The notes beneath the pieces were generated by a model. That model was not told where the DNA came from. It did not search any database and worked only from the letters and a program-made list of their open reading frames with translations. Shown piece after piece: positions 53,433 through 64,000 of a stretch of 64,000 nucleotides of DNA (the first letter of the stretch is position 1; each line of letters opens with the position of its first letter). Both the position numbers and the translations under genes were made by a program. Source of the stretch: the human T2T-CHM13v2.0 reference genome, Homo sapiens; assembly GCF_009914755.1 (NCBI RefSeq), contig NC_060948.1; one strand, written 5' to 3'.

Positions 53433-56400
53433 AAGAAAGGTTCAAATATATGAGATGAATGCACACATCACAAAGAAGTTTCTCAGAATCTCTCTGTGTA
53501 ATTTTTATGTGAAGATATTTCCTTTCCCACCTTAGGTCTTAAAACGCTCCAAATATCCACTTGCAGATACTACAAGAAGATTGTTTCAAAACTGCACAAA
53601 AAAAGAAATGTTCAATTCTGTTTGATGAATGCACACATCACAAAGAAGTTTCTCAGAATGCTTCTCTGTAGTTTTTATGTGAAGATATTTCCTTTTCCAC
53701 AATAGGCCTCAAAGGGCTCCAAATATCCACTTCCAGATTCTATGAAAAGAATATTTCCAAACTGCTCAATCATAGGAAATGTTCAACTCTGTGAGATGAA
53801 TGCACACATCACAAGAAATTTCTCAGAATCCTTCAGTGTAGGTTTTATGAGAAGATAATTCCTTTTCCACAATAGTTCTCAAAGCACTCAAAATATCCAC
53901 TTGCAGATTCTACAAAAGGAGTATTTCAAAACTGCTCAATCAAAAGAAAGGTTCAACTCTGTGAGATGAATGGACACATCACAAAGAAGTTTCTCAGAAT
54001 GCTTCTGTGTAGTATTTTTGTGAAGATATTTCTTTTCCACCATAGACCGCCAGGGGACACAAATATCCACTTTCAGATTCTACAACAAGAGAGGTTCAAA
54101 ACTACTCGATCAAGAGATGGTTTCAACTATGTGAGTTGAATGCACACATCACAAAGAACTATGTCGGAATTCTTCTGTGTAGTTTTTATGTGAAGATATT
54201 TCCTTTTCCACAATAGACGTCAAAGTGATCCAGATATCCACTTGCAGATTCCACAAAAAGAGTGTTTCAAAAGTGCACAACCAAAAGAAAGGTTCAACTA
54301 GGTGAGATGAATGCACACATCAGAAGGAAGTTTCTCAGAATGCTTCTGCATAGCTTTTAAGGGAAGATACTTCCTTTTCCAACATAGGCCTCAAAGCACT
54401 CCAAATATCCTCCTGGAGATACCACAAAAAGAGTGTTTGCAAACTGCTCAATCAAAAGAAAGATTTAACTCTGTGAGATGAATCCACACATGACAAAGAA
54501 GTTTCTCAGAATGCTTCTGTGTAGTTTTTATGTGAAGATATTTCCTTTTCCACAATAAGACCCAAAAGGCTCCAAATATTCACTTGCAGATTCTAAAAAA
54601 AACAGTGTTTCAAAACTGCTCAATCAAAAGATAGTTCAACTCTGTGAGAAGAATGCTCACATCACTGAGAAGTTTCTCAGAATGCTTCTGTGTAGTTTTT
54701 ATATGAAGATATTTCCTTTCCCACCGTAGGCCACAAAAGGCTCCAAATATCCACTTGCAGATACTATGAAAAGAGAGTTTCAAAACTGCTCATTCAAAAG
54801 ATAGGTTCAACTCTGTGGTTTGAATGCACACAGCACAAAGAAGTTTCACAGAATGTGTCTGTGTAGTTTTTATGTGCGGATGTTTCCTTTTCCACCATAT
54901 GCCTAAATATTTCCCAATTTCCACTTGCAGATTCCACAAGAAGAGTGTTTCAAAACTGCTGTATCAAATAAAGTTGAACTCTGTGAGGTGAATGCACACA
55001 GCACAAAATGGTTTCTCAGAATGCTTCCTTGTTGTTTTTATATGAAGATGTTTCCTTTTCAACAATAGGCCTCAAAGTGCTTCAAATGTCCACTTGCAGA
55101 TTCTACAAAAAGAGTGTTTCAAAACTGCTCAATCAAAAGAAAGGTTCGACTCTGGGAAATTAATGCACACATCACAAAGAAGTTTCTCAGCTTCTGTGTA
55201 GTTTTCATGTGAAGTTATTTCCTTTTCCACAATAGGCCGCAAAGGGCTCCAAATATCAACTTACAGATTCTAGGAAAAGAGAGTTTCAAAACTGCTCTAC
55301 GAAAAGATAGGTTGAACTCTGTGAGATGAATGCACACATCACAAAGAAGTTTCTCAGAATGCATCTGTGTAGTTTTTACGGGAAGATATTTCCTTTTCCA
55401 CCATCTTCCACAAAGGTCTCCAAGTAACCACTTGCAGACTCTACAGAAAGACACTTTAAAAACTGCTCTATCAAAAGATCAGTTCAAGTCTGTGGTTTGA
55501 ATGCACACATCACAAAGAATTTTCTCAGAATGCTTCTGTGTAGTTTTCATATGAAGATATTTCCTTTTCCACCATAGGCCTCAAAGCACTCCAAATATCC
55601 ACTTGCAGATTCTACAAAAAGAGATTTTCAAAACTAGTCAATCAAAAGAAAGGTTCAACTCTGTCAGTTGAATGCACATATCACAAACAAGTTTCTCGGA
55701 ATGCGTCTGTGTAGTTTTTATGTGAAGATATTTCCTTCTCCACAACAGGCCTCAAAGTGCTCCGAATATCCACTTGCAGATTTTACTAAAGAGTGTTTCC
55801 AAACTGCTCAATCAAGAGGAAGTTTCAAGTCTGTGAGCTGAACGCACACATCACAAAGTAGTTTCTGAGAATGCTTCTGTGTAGTTTTTATGTGAAGATG
55901 TTTCCTTTTCCACCATAGGCTGCAAAGGGCTCCAAATATCCACTTGCAGATTCTACAAAAAGAGAGTCTCAAAAGTGCTCTATCAAAAGATAGGTTCAAC
56001 TATGTGATATGAATGCACACATCACAAAGTAGTTTCTCAGAATGCTTCTGTGTAGTTTTTATGTAAAGATATTTCCTTTTCCACCATAGGCCTCAAAGCA
56101 CTCCAAATATCCACTTGCAGATTCTACAAAAAGAGATGTTCAAAACTATTTAATCAAAAGAAAGGTTCAAATCTGTCAGTTGAAGGTACATATCACAAAC
56201 AAGTTTATTGGAATGCTTCTGTGTAGTTTTTATGTGAAGATATTTCCTTTTCCACAACAGGCCTCAAGGTGCTCCAAATATCCACTTGCAGATTTCACTA
56301 AAAGTGTGTTTCCAAGCTGCTCAATCAAGAGGAAGTTTCAAGTCTGTGAGGTGAATGCACACATTACAAAGAAGTTACTGAGAATGCTTCTGTGTAGTTT

Positions 56401-59216
56401 TTATGTGAAGATATTTCCTTTTCCACCGCAGGCCTCAAAGCGCTGCAAATATCCACTTGCAGATTCTACAAAAAGAGAGTTTCAAAACTGCTGTATCAAA
56501 AGATAGGGTCAACTCTGCGAGTTGAATAAACACATCACAAATAAGTTTCTGGGAACGCTTCTGTATAGTTTTATGTGAATATATTTCCTTTTCCACCATA
56601 TGCCTCAAAGCACTCCAAATATCCACTTGCACATTATAGAAACATAGTCTTTCAAAACTTGTCAATCAAAGAAAGGTTCAACTCCGTGAGATGAGTGCAC
56701 ACATCACAGAGAAGTTTCTCGGAATGTTTCTGTGTAGTTTTTATGTGAAGATATTGCCTTTTCCACAATAGGCCTCAAAGCGTTCCAAATATCCAATTGC
56801 AGATTCCACAAAAAAAGTTTTTTAAAACTGCTCAATCAAATGATAGATTAAACTCTGTGAGATTAGTGCACACATGTCAAAAAAGTTTCTCAGAATGCTT
56901 CTGTGTACTTTTTAGGGGAAGATATTTCCTTTTCCACCATCGGCCACAAAGGACTCCAAATAACCACATGCAGATTCTAGTAACACAGAGTTTCAAAACT
57001 GCTCTATCAAAAGATAAGTTCAACTCTGAGAGTTTAGTGCAACCATCGTGAAGAAGTTTCTCAGAATGCTTCTGAGTAGTGTTTATGTGAAGATATTTCC
57101 TTTTCCACCATAGGCCTGAAAGCCCTCCAAATATCCACTTGCAGATCCTACAAAAAGAGAGTTTCGAAATGCTCTCTCAAACGATAGTTTCGACTCTGTG
57201 GTATGAATACACACATCACAAAGAAGTTTCTCAGAATGCTTCTGTGTAGTTTTTAAATGAAGATATTTCTTTTTCCACCATAGGCCTCAAAGCACTCCAA
57301 ATATGCACTTCCAGATTCTACAAAAAGAGTGTTTCAGAACTGCTCAATCAAAAGGAAGGTTCCAGTCTGAGACAAATACACACATCAAAAGGTAGTTTCT
57401 CAGAATGCTTCTGTGTAGTTTTTATGTGAAGATATTTTCCTTTCCACCATAGGCCACAAATGGCTCTAAATACCCACTTACATTTTCCACAAAAAGAGAG
57501 TTTCAAAACTGCTCTACCAAAGGTAAGTTTAACGCTGTGAGTTAAGAACATCACAAAGAAGTTTCTCAGAATGCTTCTGTGTAGTTCTTACGTAAAGATA
57601 TTTCCTTTTACACAATAGGCAGAAAAGTGCTCCAAATATCCACTTGAAGATTCTACAAAAACCGTGTTTCAAAACTGCCGAATCAAAAGAAAGGTTCAAC
57701 TCTGTGAGATGAATGCACACATAACAAAGGAGTTTCTCAGAATGCTTCTGTGTAGCTTTTATATGAAGACATTTAGTTTTCCACAACAGGCCTCAAAGCT
57801 CTCTCCATATCCACTTGCAGATTCTACCGAAAGAGTGCTTCCAAACTGCTCAATCAAAAGAGACATTCAAATCTGTGAGGTGAATGCAGACATCGTAAAG
57901 AAGTTTCTCAGAATGCTTCTGTGTATTTTTTGTGTGAAGTTATTCGTTTTTGCACCATAGGCCTCCAAGCGTTCTAAATATCCACTTCTAGATTCTACAA
58001 AAAGAGAGTTTCAAAACTACTCAAACAAAAGGTTCAATTCTGTGAGTTGAAAGCAAACATCACAAAGAAGTTTCTCAGAATGCGTCTGTGTAGTTTTTAT
58101 GTGAAGATATTTCCTTTTCACAGTAGAATGCAAAGGGCTCCAAATATCCACTTGGAGATTCTACAAAAAGAGTTTCAAAACCGCTCTGTCAAATGATAGG
58201 TTGAACTCCCGGAGGTGAATACACACATCACAAAGAGGTTTCTCAGCATGCTTCTGTGTAGTTTTTATGTAAACATACTTCCGTTTCTATCATAGGCCTC
58301 AAAGTGCTCCAAATATTCACTTGTACATTCTACCAAACGAGTATTTCAAACTGCTCAATCAAATGGAAGGTTCAAAACTGTGACATGAATGCCCACATCA
58401 CAAAGTAGTTTCTCAGAATGCTTCTGTGTAGTTTTTATGTGAAGATATTTCCTTTTCCACAACAGCGTGCAAAACGCTTCAAATATGCCCTTAGAGATTC
58501 CACAAAAAGAGTGTTTCCAAACTACTCAAATCAAAAAATGATTTCAACTCTGTGAGATGAATGCACACATCACAAACTAGTTTCTCAGAATGTTTCTGCC
58601 TGGTTCTCATGCGAAGATAGTTCCTTTTTCACCATAGGCCGCAATGTACTCCAAATATCCACCTGCAGATTCTACAAAAGTGAGTTTCAAAACTGCTCTA
58701 TCAAAAGATCAGTTCGTCTCTGTGAGTTGAATGCATACATCAAAAAGAAGCTTCTCAAAATGCTTCTGTGTGGTTTTTCGGTGAAGATAGTTCTTTTTCT
58801 ACCATAGGTCTCAAACCACTCCAAATATCCACTTGTAGATTCTATAAAAAGGAATGTTCAAAATTGCTCAATAAAAATAAAGTTTCAACACCGTGAGATG
58901 AGTGCACAAATCACAAAGAAGTTTCTCAAAATGCTTCTGGGTAGTTTTTCTGTGAAGATAGTTCCTTTTCTACCATGGGCCACAAAGGGCTCCAAATACC
59001 CACTTGCAGATTCTACAAAAAGAGAGTTTCACAACTGCTCTATCAAACAATATGTTCAACTTTGTGGGTTGAACACAAATATCACAAGAATTTTCTCCCA
59101 ATGCTTCTGTGTAGTTTTTATGTGAAGACATTTCTTTTCCCTCCATAGTCCACAAAGTGCTCCAAATATCCACTTACATATTCTAGAAAAAGATTGCTTG
59201 GAAACTGCACAATGAA
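53433..59216 (-). repeat. HOR unit 10, 34-mer (5784 bp, 1-bp deletion)
   Basis: gtatttcaaactgc at ~58350 instead of gtatttcaaaactgc. Confidence 0.95.
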
Positions 59217-62200
59217 AAGAAAGGTTCAAATATATGAGATGAATGCACACATCACAAAGAAGTTTCTCAGAATCTCTCTGTGTAATTTTTATGTGAAGAT
59301 ATTTCCTTTCCCACCTTAGGTCTTAAAACGCTCCAAATATCCACTTGCAGATACTACAAGAAGATTGTTTCAAAACTGCACAAAAAAAGAAATGTTCAAT
59401 TCTGTTTGATGAATGCACACATCACAAAGAAGTTTCTCAGAATGCTTCTCTGTAGTTTTTATGTGAAGATATTTCCTTTTCCACAATAGGCCTCAAAGGG
59501 CTCCAAATATCCACTTCCAGATTCTATGAAAAGAATATTTCCAAACTGCTCAATCATAGGAAATGTTCAACTCTGTGAGATGAATGCACACATCACAAGA
59601 AATTTCTCAGAATCCTTCAGTGTAGGTTTTATGAGAAGATAATTCCTTTTCCACAATAGTTCTCAAAGCACTCAAAATATCCACTTGCAGATTCTACAAA
59701 AGGAGTATTTCAAAACTGCTCAATCAAAAGAAAGGTTCAACTCTGTGAGATGAATGGACACATCACAAAGAAGTTTCTCAGAATGCTTCTGTGTAGTATT
59801 TTTGTGAAGATATTTCTTTTCCACCATAGACCGCCAGGGGACACAAATATCCACTTTCAGATTCTACAACAAGAGAGGTTCAAAACTACTCGATCAAGAG
59901 ATGGTTTCAACTATGTGAGTTGAATGCACACATCACAAAGAACTATGTCGGAATTCTTCTGTGTAGTTTTTATGTGAAGATATTTCCTTTTCCACAATAG
60001 ACGTCAAAGTGATCCAGATATCCACTTGCAGATTCCACAAAAAGAGTGTTTCAAAAGTGCACAACCAAAAGAAAGGTTCAACTAGGTGAGATGAATGCAC
60101 ACATCAGAAGGAAGTTTCTCAGAATGCTTCTGCATAGCTTTTAAGGGAAGATACTTCCTTTTCCAACATAGGCCTCAAAGCACTCCAAATATCCTCCTGG
60201 AGATACCACAAAAAGAGTGTTTGCAAACTGCTCAATCAAAAGAAAGATTTAACTCTGTGAGATGAATCCACACATGACAAAGAAGTTTCTCAGAATGCTT
60301 CTGTGTAGTTTTTATGTGAAGATATTTCCTTTTCCACAATAAGACCCAAAAGGCTCCAAATATTCACTTGCAGATTCTAAAAAAAACAGTGTTTCAAAAC
60401 TGCTCAATCAAAAGATAGTTCAACTCTGTGAGAAGAATGCTCACATCACTGAGAAGTTTCTCAGAATGCTTCTGTGTAGTTTTTATATGAAGATATTTCC
60501 TTTCCCACCGTAGGCCACAAAAGGCTCCAAATATCCACTTGCAGATACTATGAAAAGAGAGTTTCAAAACTGCTCATTCAAAAGATAGGTTCAACTCTGT
60601 GGTTTGAATGCACACAGCACAAAGAAGTTTCACAGAATGTGTCTGTGTAGTTTTTATGTGCGGATGTTTCCTTTTCCACCATATGCCTAAATATTTCCCA
60701 ATTTCCACTTGCAGATTCCACAAGAAGAGTGTTTCAAAACTGCTGTATCAAATAAAGTTGAACTCTGTGAGGTGAATGCACACAGCACAAAATGGTTTCT
60801 CAGAATGCTTCCTTGTTGTTTTTATATGAAGATGTTTCCTTTTCAACAATAGGCCTCAAAGTGCTTCAAATGTCCACTTGCAGATTCTACAAAAAGAGTG
60901 TTTCAAAACTGCTCAATCAAAAGAAAGGTTCGACTCTGGGAAATTAATGCACACATCACAAAGAAGTTTCTCAGCTTCTGTGTAGTTTTCATGTGAAGTT
61001 ATTTCCTTTTCCACAATAGGCCGCAAAGGGCTCCAAATATCAACTTACAGATTCTAGGAAAAGAGAGTTTCAAAACTGCTCTACGAAAAGATAGGTTGAA
61101 CTCTGTGAGATGAATGCACACATCACAAAGAAGTTTCTCAGAATGCATCTGTGTAGTTTTTACGGGAAGATATTTCCTTTTCCACCATCTTCCACAAAGG
61201 TCTCCAAGTAACCACTTGCAGACTCTACAGAAAGACACTTTAAAAACTGCTCTATCAAAAGATCAGTTCAAGTCTGTGGTTTGAATGCACACATCACAAA
61301 GAATTTTCTCAGAATGCTTCTGTGTAGTTTTCATATGAAGATATTTCCTTTTCCACCATAGGCCTCAAAGCACTCCAAATATCCACTTGCAGATTCTACA
61401 AAAAGAGATTTTCAAAACTAGTCAATCAAAAGAAAGGTTCAACTCTGTCAGTTGAATGCACATATCACAAACAAGTTTCTCGGAATGCGTCTGTGTAGTT
61501 TTTATGTGAAGATATTTCCTTCTCCACAACAGGCCTCAAAGTGCTCCGAATATCCACTTGCAGATTTTACTAAAGAGTGTTTCCAAACTGCTCAATCAAG
61601 AGGAAGTTTCAAGTCTGTGAGCTGAACGCACACATCACAAAGTAGTTTCTGAGAATGCTTCTGTGTAGTTTTTATGTGAAGATGTTTCCTTTTCCACCAT
61701 AGGCTGCAAAGGGCTCCAAATATCCACTTGCAGATTCTACAAAAAGAGAGTCTCAAAAGTGCTCTATCAAAAGATAGGTTCAACTATGTGATATGAATGC
61801 ACACATCACAAAGTAGTTTCTCAGAATGCTTCTGTGTAGTTTTTATGTAAAGATATTTCCTTTTCCACCATAGGCCTCAAAGCACTCCAAATATCCACTT
61901 GCAGATTCTACAAAAAGAGATGTTCAAAACTATTTAATCAAAAGAAAGGTTCAAATCTGTCAGTTGAAGGTACATATCACAAACAAGTTTATTGGAATGC
62001 TTCTGTGTAGTTTTTATGTGAAGATATTTCCTTTTCCACAACAGGCCTCAAGGTGCTCCAAATATCCACTTGCAGATTTCACTAAAAGTGTGTTTCCAAG
62101 CTGCTCAATCAAGAGGAAGTTTCAAGTCTGTGAGGTGAATGCACACATTACAAAGAAGTTACTGAGAATGCTTCTGTGTAGTTTTTATGTGAAGATATTT

Positions 62201-64000
62201 CCTTTTCCACCACAGGCCTCAAAGCGCTGCAAATATCCACTTGCAGATTCTACAAAAAGAGAGTTTCAAAACTGCTGTATCAAAAGATAGGGTCAACTCT
62301 GCGAGTTGAATAAACACATCACAAATAAGTTTCTGGGAACGCTTCTGTATAGTTTTATGTGAATATATTTCCTTTTCCACCATATGCCTCAAAGCACTCC
62401 AAATATCCACTTGCACATTATAGAAACATAGTCTTTCAAAACTTGTCAATCAAAGAAAGGTTCAACTCCGTGAGATGAGTGCACACATCACAGAGAAGTT
62501 TCTCGGAATGTTTCTGTGTAGTTTTTATGTGAAGATATTGCCTTTTCCACAATAGGCCTCAAAGCGTTCCAAATATCCAATTGCAGATTCCACAAAAAAA
62601 GTTTTTTAAAACTGCTCAATCAAATGATAGATTAAACTCTGTGAGATTAGTGCACACATGTCAAAAAAGTTTCTCAGAATGCTTCTGTGTACTTTTTAGG
62701 GGAAGATATTTCCTTTTCCACCATCGGCCACAAAGGACTCCAAATAACCACATGCAGATTCTAGTAACACAGAGTTTCAAAACTGCTCTATCAAAAGATA
62801 AGTTCAACTCTGAGAGTTTAGTGCAACCATCGTGAAGAAGTTTCTCAGAATGCTTCTGAGTAGTGTTTATGTGAAGATATTTCCTTTTCCACCATAGGCC
62901 TGAAAGCCCTCCAAATATCCACTTGCAGATCCTACAAAAAGAAAGTTTCGAAATGCTCTCTCAAACGATAGTTTCGACTCTGTGGTATGAATACACACAT
63001 CACAAAGAAGTTTCTCAGAATGCTTCTGTGTAGTTTTTAAATGAAGATATTTCTTTTTCCACCATAGGCCTCAAAGCACTCCAAATATGCACTTCCAGAT
63101 TCTACAAAAAGAGTGTTTCAGAACTGCTCAATCAAAAGGAAGGTTCCAGTCTGAGACAAATACACACATCAAAAGGTAGTTTCTCAGAATGCTTCTGTGT
63201 AGTTTTTATGTGAAGATATTTTCCTTTCCACCATAGGCCACAAATGGCTCTAAATACCCACTTACATTTTCCACAAAAAGAGAGTTTCAAAACTGCTCTA
63301 CCAAAGGTAAGTTTAACGCTGTGAGTTAAGAACATCACAAAGAAGTTTCTCAGAATGCTTCTGTGTAGTTCTTACGTAAAGATATTTCCTTTTACACAAT
63401 AGGCAGAAAAGTGCTCCAAATATCCACTTGAAGATTCTACAAAAACCGTGTTTCAAAACTGCCGAATCAAAAGAAAGGTTCAACTCTGTGAGATGAATGC
63501 ACACATAACAAAGGAGTTTCTCAGAATGCTTCTGTGTAGCTTTTATATGAAGACATTTAGTTTTCCACAACAGGCCTCAAAGCTCTCTCCATATCCACTT
63601 GCAGATTCTACCGAAAGAGTGCTTCCAAACTGCTCAATCAAAAGAGACATTCAAATCTGTGAGGTGAATGCAGACATCGTAAAGAAGTTTCTCAGAATGC
63701 TTCTGTGTATTTTTTGTGTGAAGTTATTCGTTTTTGCACCATAGGCCTCCAAGCGTTCTAAATATCCACTTCTAGATTCTACAAAAAGAGAGTTTCAAAA
63801 CTACTCAAACAAAAGGTTCAATTCTGTGAGTTGAAAGCAAACATCACAAAGAAGTTTCTCAGAATGCGTCTGTGTAGTTTTGATGTGAAGATATTTCCTT
63901 TTCACAGTAGAATGCAAAGGGCTCCAAATATCCACTTGGAGATTCTACAAAAAGAGTTTCAAAACCGCTCTGTCAAATGATAGGTTGAACTCCCGGAGGT
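59217..64000 (-). repeat. HOR unit 11, 34-mer type, truncated by window end
   Basis: Starts with aagaaaggttcaaatatatg at 59217 and has the 34-mer junction (tatgtgaagatatttccttttccacaataagaccc) at ~60313-60347. Confidence 0.93.

Larger units (their letters stand above)
1..64000 (-). repeat. DYZ3: Centromeric alpha-satellite higher-order repeat array, most likely human chromosome Y DYZ3
   Basis: Tandem ~171-bp monomers with alphoid motifs (gaatgcacacatcacaaagaagtttctcagaatgcttctgtgtagttttt, aaatatccacttgcagattctacaaaaagag); the conventional consensus CATTCTCAGAAACTTCTTTGTG reads on the minus strand. Exact long periods of 5785 and 6127 bp are seen both in the sequence and in ORF offsets (1783, 7568, 13353, 19480, 25607, 31734, 37861, 43645, 49430, 55215, 60999). 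The 34-mer plus 36-mer units and lack of CENP-B boxes are established features of DYZ3. Confidence 0.95.

Noticed and set aside
1783-63744. Over 120 short ORFs (63-108 aa) on both strands
   Set aside because: They recur with the HOR period, overlap in conflicting frames and repeat 57-aa monomer-derived motifs (e.g. KYPLADSTK, LSFCRICKW). They have no recognisable domain and are typical alphoid translation artefacts.
1-64000. CRISPR-like array (conserved palindromic ~30-bp motif alternating with variable sequence)
   Set aside because: The intervening sequences are homologous parts of 171-bp monomers, not unique spacers; there are no cas genes and the DNA is eukaryotic satellite.
1-64000. Alu or L1 insertions, inversions or array edge
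   Set aside because: All length differences are explained by +342 or -1 bp; orientation is constant and no non-alphoid sequence was seen.
1-64000. A regular super-HOR (fixed multi-unit period)
   Set aside because: SNV patterns show partial echoes (units 1 and 8 share G at offset 1054; units 2-3 resemble 8-9) but no consistent multi-unit period in 11 units.

Overview
The whole 64 kb window is one uninterrupted, single-orientation array of ~171-bp primate alpha-satellite monomers organised as a higher-order repeat (HOR). There are 10 complete units plus a partial 11th. In window-start phase they begin at 1, 5786, 11571, 17356, 23483, 29610, 35737, 41864, 47648, 53433 and 59217. Six complete units (and the partial one) are 34-monomer units of 5784-5785 bp. 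Four consecutive units (17356-41863) are 36-monomer units of 6127 bp, carrying two extra, distinct monomers (342 bp) with a private HindIII site. A 34-mer/36-mer HOR with one EcoRI site per unit, only A-type (pJalpha-box) monomers and no visible CENP-B box matches the human Y centromeric array DYZ3 (the classical ~5.7 kb and ~6.0 kb units). I see no genes, RNA genes, CRISPR arrays, transposons or inversions, and all listed ORFs are satellite read-throughs. I cannot support a novel gene system here. The interesting signal is evolutionary and structural: the 36-mer/34-mer junction, mosaic SNV haplotypes between units, an old trimer duplication inside the HOR, and a per-monomer dyad symmetry. All comparisons were made by eye, so variant lists may be incomplete.
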